64,000 nt of DNA from Vulcanimicrobiota bacterium. Its GTDB lineage: Bacteria; Vulcanimicrobiota; Vulcanimicrobiia; Vulcanimicrobiales; Vulcanimicrobiaceae. The stretch's first letter is position 1. Every line of letters starts with the position of its first letter. Location of the stretch: positions 3,104,001 through 3,168,000 of the forward strand of contig OY970223.1 of assembly GCA_963714015.1 (NCBI GenBank), read 5' to 3'. Below the pieces are notes generated by a model. It did no database searches, was not told the DNA's origin, and saw only the letters and a list, made by a program, of their open reading frames with translations. Shown here piece after piece: positions 28,445-37,298 of the stretch. A program made the translations under genes and the position numbers.

Positions 28445-30541
28445 TCACTTATGGGAAGCAATGATCTCCGCGTACGTTTTGCTGGCCTCCGTCGGAACGC
28501 GAGTCAGGTTCGGATCGCGATCGAGATCGATATGATAGAGTCCGAAATCGCTGCTGTCGTCGAACGGCAAGCCCCACTCGCGGTTGGAGGTGATGCTCCA
28601 GCAAAGATAGGCGACTACCGGAGAGCCGCGCTGCACCGCGCGATCGACTTGTGCGATGTGCGCCTCCAAGTAACGCGCGCGGGAAAAACCGTCCGCATTC
28701 GTGACGCAGCCGTTTTCGATTACGATGATCGGTTTGCCCGGAAACAACTCTTCCGTTTCACGCAGAATGTCGTCCAGAACGCTGGGCCACACCGGAGCCA
28801 TCGCATAGTGACATTCGGCGGCAGCTGAAAGCCGGTGCAATTCGTTCGGCCAGAACGAGGGGATTCCCCAGTAATAATCGACACCGGCAAAGTCGAGCGC
28901 GCCTACGCACTCCCGCGGACACAGAAACTCCGGCAGCCGGCCGGCCATGCCGAGGTTCCACCAATTCGTGCCCACCAGTGTCCCGAACATTCCAATCGAC
29001 TTGCGCAGTCCGTCGAAGACGTGCAGGGGCGAGCGCGTCGCGTTCAGCCGGCGGTTCCCCGTAACGGGAACGAATCGCACCGGCGCATGCTCCGATCCGA
29101 AGATCTCTGCGGCAATGCAGCGCGCCAAATCGGGTTCCATGCCGGAGTAGTTTCCGCGATCGTCGCACGCGCACAGTCCTTCGACGCCGGGGCGGACTCC
29201 GACGCGCAGAATACCCCGCTTGCGGATCGCTTCCAACGATCGATCCGGTTCGGGTCCGGCGAGGTCAGTGCTCGCCAGCGTGTTGCGGTTGTGTCCCTCG
29301 GGCAGCTCGGGATGACTCTTTTTGTACTTGCGCAGCGCGCGGTCTACGGCATCCAGCAGCGAGCGGCTACCCAGCGCGACGGCCACGCCGTAGGCATGCG
29401 GATGCGCCGGAATCAGCGAGATCGCGAACGGATCGGCTGAATATTGCCGCAGCATCACGTCGTCGTGAAACACGGCGTCGATCGTTCCCTCGCGCAGGGC
29501 CTGAACCGCCGCGTCGGTTTGCGCGTAATAGCGGACGTCAGCGGCGGTAAATATACCGCCGGACATCTCGGCCGCCGGCGTATCCTCCACAACGCCGGCG
29601 CGGCCTTTCCACTCCAGAAGATCCGCAGGCAGCGATGCTGCGGCGCGATGAAGCACCGCTAAGTGCACCAGCAGGTACGGCTCCGAAAAAAAGACTCGAT
29701 GCATCCGCTTCTGGGTCATGGTCAGCTGCGCGATGGAAATGTCCACTTGGCCGCTGTCGACGAAGCCGTGTTCCGCAAGCAGCTTTCCGCGCCGGCGAGC
29801 TTGCTCCGGCGACTTCAGATGCGTGGCATTGCGGTCGACCAGCCGCTGAAGCCAGCGCGGAAGACCGAGGACCAGCGGATTCGAGCCGACCAGTGCTTGC
29901 GGCTGTACGGCGCGGATCGCCTCACGCGCCCGCGCGTGCGCTCGGAACAGGTTCGGAATGAGCTGCAAAACGGCGTCCATCTGACGCTCGCCGGAAGCGC
30001 CCGGTTCCAGCCCCGGCGGCATGGGATAGGCCCGCATCCAAAAACCTTTGATGAAGCCGTAAACGAGTTGGCTCGGCTCGTTGAGAGTGACGTAATAGTC
30101 GATCAGATCGCCGAGCCGGCTCGCCACTTGTGATGCATAGGCGGCCATGCGCGCCGGAAAATGCGAATCGAGCAATCCGGCTCCGTTTCCCGCCGCCTGC
30201 ACGTGCAGCGGCCATGTATTGTGGTGCAGGGTGACGACAGTCATCATCTGCGCGTCGCGCATGTACTGAAGTACCTCGCGGTAATGCGCGAAAACGGATT
30301 CATCCCAGATGCCGGCTTCGGGCTCGAGCCGTGCCCAGGACAATGAAAGCCGGAAGGCCGAACAGCCTAGCCCCCTGGCGAGATCGACGTCTTCACGGTA
30401 GCGGTTCCAAAAATCGGTTGCCTTACCGCGCGGCGTGAGTCCGCGTACGCGTTCCCAAACGTCGCGCACGTCGTCTTGTCCGTTATAGGCTTCGCATTGG
30501 TGATCGGCGGTGGCCACGCCGAAGCGGTAGCGTTTCTGCAT
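28445..30541 (-). CDS. Family 1 glycoside hydrolase with inserted family-3 solute-binding domain
   Basis: FGVATA.HQ.E, FRLSLSWAR, TLHH, TLNEP, IENG, WS...N.EW, FGL; SBP motifs at about 29045-29760. Confidence 0.88.
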   Translation of the reverse strand: MQKRYRFGVATADHQCEAYNGQDDVRDVWERVRGLTPRGKATDFWNRYREDVDLARGLGCSAFRLSLSWARLEPEAGIWDESVFAHYREVLQYMRDAQMMTVVTLHHNTWPLHVQAAGNGAGLLDSHFPARMAAYASQVASRLGDLIDYYVTLNEPSQLVYGFIKGFWMRAYPMPPGLEPGASGERQMDAVLQLIPNLFRAHARAREAIRAVQPQALVGSNPLVLGLPRWLQRLVDRNATHLKSPEQARRRGKLLAEHGFVDSGQVDISIAQLTMTQKRMHRVFFSEPYLLVHLAVLHRAAASLPADLLEWKGRAGVVEDTPAAEMSGGIFTAADVRYYAQTDAAVQALREGTIDAVFHDDVMLRQYSADPFAISLIPAHPHAYGVAVALGSRSLLDAVDRALRKYKKSHPELPEGHNRNTLASTDLAGPEPDRSLEAIRKRGILRVGVRPGVEGLCACDDRGNYSGMEPDLARCIAAEIFGSEHAPVRFVPVTGNRRLNATRSPLHVFDGLRKSIGMFGTLVGTNWWNLGMAGRLPEFLCPRECVGALDFAGVDYYWGIPSFWPNELHRLSAAAECHYAMAPVWPSVLDDILRETEELFPGKPIIVIENGCVTNADGFSRARYLEAHIAQVDRAVQRGSPVVAYLCWSITSNREWGLPFDDSSDFGLYHIDLDRDPNLTRVPTEASKTYAEIIASHK

Positions 30542-30584
30542 GCGCAACGGATGTTCGCCGCCGAGCGCGAACCCCTCCGGCGCA

Positions 30585-31317
30585 ATGAGATTCAGCAACA
30601 AAACTTGCTTGGTAACGGGAGGCGGTTCCGGAATCGGTCGCGCAACGTGCGTGCGCATGGCTGCCGAAGGCGGAAACGTCGTTGTGGCCGACCTGCACCA
30701 ACAGGCGGCACAGGCAACCGCGGATCAGATTGGAGCCGCGGGCGGGCGCGCGATCGCGGTGGAGCTCGACGTAGGCAACTCCGCGCAGGTCCAAGCGGGC
30801 ATAGCGAAAGCGCTCGAGTCGTTCGGCTCGCTTGACGTCATCGTGAACGACGCCGCGATGATGACCTTTCAGCCGATCGTCGATCTGCCCGAAGCCGATT
30901 TTTTCCGCGTGATTACCACAAACTTAGGGTCGGTATTCTTCTTCGCCAAGTACGGTGTGCCGCATATGCCGCCCGGCTCCTCGATCGTCAACATCAGACT
31001 CCGTGCATGCCCACGAGACGACGGAGAACGTCGTTCCTTACGCGGCTTCAAAAGGCGCGATCGAGTCTTTTACTCGCGGCTTCAGCATCGAGATGGAGTC
31101 GCGGAAGATCCGCGTGAACAGCGTCGCTCCCGGAGCCGTCGATACGCCGATGCTCTGGAACAATCCCAACGTCAAGAGCGGCGCCGAGAAGATCGAAGGT
31201 GCAATCGGAAAACCCGAGGACCTCGCCGCGGCAATCTGCTTCATCGCCTCGGACGAAGCGCGCTTCGTCAATGGAACGACGCTGGTGGTCGACGGCGGCC
31301 GCCTGGATATTCTTTAG
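30585..31317 (+). CDS. SDR oxidoreductase; frameshift near 30998
   Basis: TGGGSGIG, VNDAA, repaired VNISSVH, YAASKG, VDGG. Confidence 0.9.
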
Positions 31318-31346
31318 ATCCTTGCTTTCGGGGAAAGATGCAAGTC

Positions 31347-31517
31347 ATGACTGAGGAACACAAGCGCGAAGGCCTTTTTGAAGACGACGATTTGGACGAC
31401 GCAATCATCAGCGCGGACGATACCGGCATGATCGCGCAGCAGCACGTGATCGCGGAGGAGGAAATCGCCGCGGGCGGAGATTCGGCAGACGAAGACGAGG
31501 ACACGAACCAACCTTGA
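31347..31517 (+). CDS. Small highly acidic protein
   Basis: 56-aa Asp/Glu-rich ORF filling the gap between SDR and nucleotidyltransferase. Confidence 0.55.
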   Translation: MTEEHKREGLFEDDDLDDAIISADDTGMIAQQHVIAEEEIAAGGDSADEDEDTNQP

Positions 31518-31527
31518 ACTGACCTGC

Positions 31528-32058
31528 GTGATTTTGGCTGCCGGAACGTCGAGCCGTTTCGGCGGCCGTAATAAGTTGCTCGTGCACGAAGCGGGCCAAA
31601 CGCCGCTCATCGCTCGCGCCATCCGCGCGTGCGCCGGCTTTCCGGTCGTCGCCGTTTGCTCGCTCGAGACCGCGCCGCCCGCTGAAGCTCTGGGCGCCGT
31701 CGTCGTCATGAACGACGCTCCGCAATACGGCATGGCGCACTCGTTGCAACTCGCCGATGCGGCCGTCGCGCCGGAACGGGCGATTGCAATATTGCCCGCC
31801 GATCTCGCCGAGATCGAGCCGCAGCACTTACGCCTGCTCGCGGAGCGCTTCCGCGGCGTCGACGTACTCTATCCGCGTCGCCGTGACGGAACACCCGGGC
31901 ATCCCGTTCTTTTCTCGGCGCAGGCGCGCCGCGGAATTGCGGCCTTACCGCGCGGGGACACCATTCGCATGCTGCGTGCCGCTCCGCGCTTGCGGCGTCT
32001 TGCCGTTGAGATAGACGACGCCTGGCCTTATCATGACGTCGACGGTCCCGGCTTGTGA
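31528..32058 (+). CDS. Molybdenum cofactor cytidylyltransferase (MocA)-like nucleotidyltransferase
   Basis: ILAAG.SSRFG..NKLL, GMAHSL, GHPVLF, DVD; adjacent to a molybdoenzyme; start uncertain. Confidence 0.8.
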   Translation: MILAAGTSSRFGGRNKLLVHEAGQTPLIARAIRACAGFPVVAVCSLETAPPAEALGAVVVMNDAPQYGMAHSLQLADAAVAPERAIAILPADLAEIEPQHLRLLAERFRGVDVLYPRRRDGTPGHPVLFSAQARRGIAALPRGDTIRMLRAAPRLRRLAVEIDDAWPYHDVDGPGL

Positions 32059-32084
32059 TATTGAGCCGCGAACCGGTATCGAGA

Positions 32085-34166
32085 TCACAACAGCGCTTCG
32101 GGAGCGATCGGCAACTCGCGAACGCGCACGCCGGTCGCGTGATAGACGGCATTTGCGACGGCAGCGGCCGAGCCCGTCATCGCAACTTCGCCAATGCCTT
32201 TGACGTGCGCCGCGTTGATGTGCGGATCGTCTTCTTCGACGATGATGATCTCCGGATACAGAATGTCGGCATGCGTTGGAACCAGATACTCGGAAAGATT
32301 GGCATTCATGATTCGCGCCGTGCGCGTGTCGTAGCGCGTCTTCTCGTAAAGCGCCATGCTGATGCCCCACACGATCCCGCCGAGGAATTGGCTGCGCGCC
32401 GTCTTCTCGTTGAGGATTCGTCCGCCGTCGTAAGCACCGACGAATCGCGTGACGTGCACCGTACCCAAATCCGGATCGACTTCGACTTGAGCAAACTGCG
32501 CGCCGAAGGATTGCTGAGCGAAGTTGCGCTCGACGGATTCGTCGGGTTTGTCCTCTACCGTAAAATCGAAACCGGCCTCCGGAACCTCGCCGCCCGACGC
32601 CTCCAGCGCCGCGGCCAGTTTTTGCGCCGCTGCAACGACCGCCGAACCGACGCTCGCGGCCGTCTGCGAGCCGGCGGCCAAAGGCGCCTCCGGGAGCAGC
32701 GTGTCGCCCCATTCGAAGTGCACGCGTTCGTATGGGAGATTTAGAATCTCCGCGGCAAGCTGCGCGTACACGGTCGAAGATCCCGTGCCTTGTTCGATCG
32801 TGCCGCTCTGCACCCGCACTGCTCCGCCGGCGGACATGATAATGCGAATGGTTGCCGCGCTGCGGTGCACGGAACGCGATGCCGTCGCCATGCCCAGGCC
32901 AACCAGCATCCGGCCGTCGCGCATGGAGCGCGGCTGCGGGTTGCGCCGGCTCCATCCGAAGGCTTCGGCCGCCAGCGTATACGCGCGATCCAGATGTTTG
33001 CTGGTATACGGCTTGCCCGAATCAGGGTCGTTCGCCGAATAGTTGCGCCGGCGCAGCTCCAGCGGATCGATTCCGAGTTCGTACGCGAGCTCGTCCATCG
33101 CGGATTCGAGCGCGAACGAGCCGGTCGACTCACCGGGCGCGCGCTGAAACGTCGGTTTGCTGATGTGCAGCCGCCGCAGTTCTTGCGACATTGAAAAGTT
33201 CGCCGTCGCGTAGAGATCCCGGCTGAATACTGTGCTCGGCTCGACGTATTCGTCCGCGATGCTGGTTTCATTAGCGGATCGATGCATAACGCAAAGCAGC
33301 CGGCCGTCACGATCGGCGCCCAGACAGATGTGCTGCTCGGTCTGCGGACGGTGCCCGACCCAGCCGAACATCTGCGGACGAGTAACAAGCAGCATCACGG
33401 GCCGTCCGACGACCTTGGCTGCCATTGCGGCAAGCGGAACGTGCGACCACGGTTGGCCTTTGCTCCCGAACGCGCCGCCGACGAACGGCGCAATGACGCG
33501 CACGTTCTCCTTCGGAATTCCGAAGACGTGCGCCAACCTGTTGCGCACGCCGAACGCCCACTGCGTCGAGTCGTGCAGCGTCAACCGGTCATCTTCCCAG
33601 TACGCGAGGGTCCCGTGCGTCTCCATGGGATTGTGATGCTCGGTGGGCGTGCGGTACGTTCGCTCGATTCGCACTGGCGCGTCCGCAAATGCCGCCTGCG
33701 GTGTGCCGCGCTCGTGGGTGGCCGGCTCCCCGAATATTTCCTTCGGCAAAAAGACTTCGCCACGATCCAAGTCCGTGACCGGCGCTTGCGCTTCATACGT
33801 TACGTGCACCAAATCGGCGGCGTGAACGGCTTGTTCGAGCGTCTGCGCAACCACGACCGCAACGGGCTGCCGGTCGAACTCGACGCGATCGTTCTGCAGT
33901 AAGAACAATATCGAATCCATCGGCGACGTCCGGCAGGCATCCACTTTCGGCGCGTTGCGGTGCGTGAGCACTTCCAGCACTCCCGGTATTGCGCGCGCCA
34001 CGGACTCGTCGATCGAAACGATTCTGCCGTTCGCCACTGCGCTCGCAACAACGACGGCATGCGTCATTCCCTCGATGGCGTTGTCGCCGGTATAGACGGC
34101 CCGGCCGGTAACTTTGTCGACTCCGTCCTTGCGGTCTATCGGCTTGCCGATCAACGGCTGACTCAT
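32085..34166 (-). CDS. Xanthine dehydrogenase family molybdopterin subunit (PaoC/YagR-like)
   Basis: R.DG..KVTG.A.Y, HNPME, VGGAFGSK, RAPGE, KGIGE. Confidence 0.93.
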   Translation of the reverse strand: MSQPLIGKPIDRKDGVDKVTGRAVYTGDNAIEGMTHAVVVASAVANGRIVSIDESVARAIPGVLEVLTHRNAPKVDACRTSPMDSILFLLQNDRVEFDRQPVAVVVAQTLEQAVHAADLVHVTYEAQAPVTDLDRGEVFLPKEIFGEPATHERGTPQAAFADAPVRIERTYRTPTEHHNPMETHGTLAYWEDDRLTLHDSTQWAFGVRNRLAHVFGIPKENVRVIAPFVGGAFGSKGQPWSHVPLAAMAAKVVGRPVMLLVTRPQMFGWVGHRPQTEQHICLGADRDGRLLCVMHRSANETSIADEYVEPSTVFSRDLYATANFSMSQELRRLHISKPTFQRAPGESTGSFALESAMDELAYELGIDPLELRRRNYSANDPDSGKPYTSKHLDRAYTLAAEAFGWSRRNPQPRSMRDGRMLVGLGMATASRSVHRSAATIRIIMSAGGAVRVQSGTIEQGTGSSTVYAQLAAEILNLPYERVHFEWGDTLLPEAPLAAGSQTAASVGSAVVAAAQKLAAALEASGGEVPEAGFDFTVEDKPDESVERNFAQQSFGAQFAQVEVDPDLGTVHVTRFVGAYDGGRILNEKTARSQFLGGIVWGISMALYEKTRYDTRTARIMNANLSEYLVPTHADILYPEIIIVEEDDPHINAAHVKGIGEVAMTGSAAAVANAVYHATGVRVRELPIAPEALL

Positions 34167-35143
34167 GTGCCGGCCGCAATCTCCAGCGCGCGCACCAGCG
34201 TGCGTTTCGCCAAGGGAATTTTGAAATCGTTCTGCCCGTAGCCGCACGCGTTGGCCAGTGCCGCCTCCGCCGCCCGCGCGTAACTCTCGCGTGAGGGTGC
34301 AGCGCCGTTGAGCGCGTTCTCCGCTTCGTGCGATCGCCAAGGGATAGTGGCGATCCCTCCCAGCGCAATGCGGCAACTCTGAATAACGCCGCCCTCAACA
34401 TTCACGGCTACGGCCGCCGACGCGAGCGCGAACTCATAGGCGGCGCGATTGCGCGCTTTGAGATACGTTGAATGTGCAGCAAACGACGGGAGCGGTATGG
34501 TGATTCCGGTAATCAGTTCGCCCGGCTCGAGTGCGTTTTCAATGTGCGGCGTATCGCCCGGCAGACGGTAAAACCGCGCGAACGGAATCTCCCGCGAGCC
34601 CTTCGCTCCGGTAACCTGTACCACCGTGTCGAGCGCGGCTAGAACGACTGCCGCATCCGATGCATGGGTTGCAATGCAATGCTCGCTCGTTCCGAGCACG
34701 GCTTCCATCCGGTTCATGCCGCCGATTGCGCCGCAACCGCTACCCGGTTCGCGCTTGTTGCAGGCCGTCGCAACGTCACGAAAATATGGGCAGCGCGTGC
34801 GCTGCAGGATGTTGCCGCCCATCGAGGCCATGTTGCGCAGCTGCGGCGACGCGCTGGCGTCCAGCGCGAGCGCCAGCATGGGAACCGCTGCACGAATGCC
34901 CGGGTGAGCAGCGACGTCGCTCATTCGCGCAAGCGCACCAAGCCGCACGCTTGCAGTGTCGCATTCGATTTTCGCAAGCGGCAGCGCGTTGATGTCGACG
35001 AGCATCTCCGGCACTTCAACCGCGTCTTTCATCAAATCCAGAACATTCGTGCCGCCGGCGATGAACTGCGCCCGCACGTTTTCCGAAAGTGCGGTGACTG
35101 CATCCTCCGCCGTCGCCGCGCGCGTGAATGCGAACGGATTCAC
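34163..35143 (-). CDS. Xanthine dehydrogenase family FAD subunit with 4Fe-4S insert (PaoB/YagS-like)
   Basis: AGGTN.LDLMK, ASPQLRNMA..GGN.LQRTRCPYF...CNKR.PGSGC...CIATH. Confidence 0.93.
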   Translation of the reverse strand: MNPFAFTRAATAEDAVTALSENVRAQFIAGGTNVLDLMKDAVEVPEMLVDINALPLAKIECDTASVRLGALARMSDVAAHPGIRAAVPMLALALDASASPQLRNMASMGGNILQRTRCPYFRDVATACNKREPGSGCGAIGGMNRMEAVLGTSEHCIATHASDAAVVLAALDTVVQVTGAKGSREIPFARFYRLPGDTPHIENALEPGELITGITIPLPSFAAHSTYLKARNRAAYEFALASAAVAVNVEGGVIQSCRIALGGIATIPWRSHEAENALNGAAPSRESYARAAEAALANACGYGQNDFKIPLAKRTLVRALEIAAGT

Positions 35144-35601
35144 GTCGATCCGCCGGCTTCCGCGATAGCGTCCACGATGTGGGGATAGCAGCCGCAGCGG
35201 CAGATGTTGCCGCTCATCTGCTCGCGAATCGTCGCCGGGTCGAGGGCATGCCCTTCCGCCAGCATGCCCACCGCCGAAACGATCTGGCCGGGCGTGCAGT
35301 ATCCGCATTGAAAGCCGTCGTGCTTGATGAAAGCGGCCTGAAGCGGATGCAGTTTGCCGTCTTTCGCCAAGCCTTCGATCGTCCCGATCTCGTCGCCCTC
35401 GTGCATAACGGCGAGCGTCAAGCATGAAACGATCCGCCGCCCGTTGACCAGAACGGTACACGCGCCGCAGGTACCCTGATCGCAGCCCTTCTTCGTTCCG
35501 GTGAGCGCAAGCGGCCCGCGCAGGGCGTCCAGCAGCGTCACCCGGGATTCGACTTGAATCGTGTGGCGCGCACCGTTGACGGTCAGCGTTACGTCGTGCA
35601 T
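35140..35601 (-). CDS. Xanthine dehydrogenase family 2Fe-2S subunit (PaoA/YagT-like)
   Basis: GTKKGCDQGTCGACTV, QCGYCTPGQ, GNICRC. Confidence 0.93.
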   Translation of the reverse strand: MHDVTLTVNGARHTIQVESRVTLLDALRGPLALTGTKKGCDQGTCGACTVLVNGRRIVSCLTLAVMHEGDEIGTIEGLAKDGKLHPLQAAFIKHDGFQCGYCTPGQIVSAVGMLAEGHALDPATIREQMSGNICRCGCYPHIVDAIAEAGGST

Positions 35602-35633
35602 GACGAAGCCGCGGCGCTGCATCGAATCCTCTC

Positions 35634-37244
35634 TCACCGCCGCAAGGCTACCAGCGTTCGGATCACATGAATTGCCGCAGCGGCAACGGCAATCCAGAAG
35701 ATGACGCCAATCCAGGTCTGCCAGCCTTGGGGATGATAGAAGAGCATGACGATAGCCAAGCCCACGATGCACGCAGCCGCGAGCATCGACGCGTTCGCGC
35801 GTTCGACGGCGCGCTCGAACCGGCGCAGGATATAGTCGACGTCTTCGATGCGGGCCCAGACGCGTAAATTTCCGCGCTCGACCTCGCCCATGACTCGATC
35901 GACCCGCCGCGGCAGGTCGATGCTCAATTCAGCGGCGTCGCGTGCCGAATCGCGCACGCGTTCGATCCATTCCTCACCCGACGTCGCTCCGAAGACCAGT
36001 TTGTCGGCGAGCGGTTCGAGATGCTCGCTCAAGTTCGTCTGGGGATCGATCGACTCCAAAAGCCCCTCGCACATGACGATTCCCTTGAACAGCAACGCGA
36101 GGTTTCCGGGCAGCCGCAGTCCGAAGCGGCGGACGATTTCAATGAGATCGCCGAGCGCCGCTCCGAACGGCAACTCGTCGAGCGAGACCGCGACATACCG
36201 CTCCAGCAGGCGATCGATTTCCGCGGTAAACGCGGCGCGATCGATCGGACGTGTCGGCGCGGTCATCTCGACGATGCGATCCGCCAGCCGTTCCGCGTCG
36301 CGGCGATCCATCGCCAAGAATACGTCGGCGACGCGCCGGCGCGCTTCAGGCGTGAGTCTGCCCACCATTCCGAAGTCGACGACGCCCAGCAAACCGTCCG
36401 CAGTAACGTAGAAATTGCCGCCGTGCGGATCCGCATGAAAGATTCCGTGAAAGAATGCCGGCTCCAGGACGAAACGTCCGATGCGCCGCACCACCGACGA
36501 TCGCCGGCGCTTGGGCAGCGTTGCCGCTTCTTGCGGCGCCATGCCGTTGACGCGCGTCATGACCAGCACGCGTCCGGTGGAGAGTTCGCCGATAACTTCA
36601 GGCAGCACGAAACCGCGTTCCTTTTCGAAGATCTTGCGGAACGTCTGAATGTTTGCCGCCTCGCGTCGATAGTCCAACTCCGCGCGCAGTGTGTCGCCGA
36701 ACTCACGCGCCAAGCCGCGAGCATCGTACTCGCGCAAAACCTCGAGGCGATCGCTCCAGGTCTCGACCAAGCCGTTCAAAATCTGCAAGTCGGTGTCGAC
36801 CGATTGCGCGACGCCCGGTTTGCGCACTTTGACGGCAACCTCCCGCCCATCATGCAGACGGGCAGCGTGCACTTGCCCGATGGAAGCGCTTGCTATGGCG
36901 GCAGGATCGAACGTGCCGAACAGGGTCGTAACGGGCGCCCCGAGCTCCGCTTCGATGACCTGCTCGATTGCTTCGTACGGAAGGGCCGGAACGGTGTCCT
37001 GAAGCTTGCGCAACTCGAAGAGATAGGGTTCGTCGAGCAAGTCGCCGCGCGTCGAAAGGACCTGGCCGAGTTTGATGAACGTCGTGCCCAGTTCCTCGCA
37101 CGCCTCGCGGAGATGCACCGCCCGGTGCGCCTCGTCGCGGTTGCCGGCAGCACCAATGCCATGCTTGGCAAGCGCCGCCATGACGTCGCGATACCGTTGT
37201 CCTTTGGATTTGGGCGCCTCGGCCGGCGGTTCGTGTTGTTCCAT
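35634..37244 (-). CDS. ABC1/AarF/UbiB family atypical kinase
   Basis: LG.TFIKLGQ.LSTR, ASASIGQVH, AVKV, FHADPH.GN, DFGMVG; two C-terminal TM segments. Confidence 0.93.
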   Translation of the reverse strand: MEQHEPPAEAPKSKGQRYRDVMAALAKHGIGAAGNRDEAHRAVHLREACEELGTTFIKLGQVLSTRGDLLDEPYLFELRKLQDTVPALPYEAIEQVIEAELGAPVTTLFGTFDPAAIASASIGQVHAARLHDGREVAVKVRKPGVAQSVDTDLQILNGLVETWSDRLEVLREYDARGLAREFGDTLRAELDYRREAANIQTFRKIFEKERGFVLPEVIGELSTGRVLVMTRVNGMAPQEAATLPKRRRSSVVRRIGRFVLEPAFFHGIFHADPHGGNFYVTADGLLGVVDFGMVGRLTPEARRRVADVFLAMDRRDAERLADRIVEMTAPTRPIDRAAFTAEIDRLLERYVAVSLDELPFGAALGDLIEIVRRFGLRLPGNLALLFKGIVMCEGLLESIDPQTNLSEHLEPLADKLVFGATSGEEWIERVRDSARDAAELSIDLPRRVDRVMGEVERGNLRVWARIEDVDYILRRFERAVERANASMLAAACIVGLAIVMLFYHPQGWQTWIGVIFWIAVAAAAIHVIRTLVALRR

Positions 37245-37298
37245 GCCGCTTGGCCGTTATTCCCAACTCGGGCGGCCGCGGCTTCCATGCCGCCGGAA

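Noticed and set aside
28316..28828. 170-aa plus-strand ORF
   Set aside because: Mostly antisense to the GH1 gene and starts inside the hairpin region
17574..30584. Recurrent CGAA-type -10 motif upstream of several genes (17573, 18669, 23402, 30541)
   Set aside because: Too short and inconsistently spaced from a -35 element to support without a statistical scan
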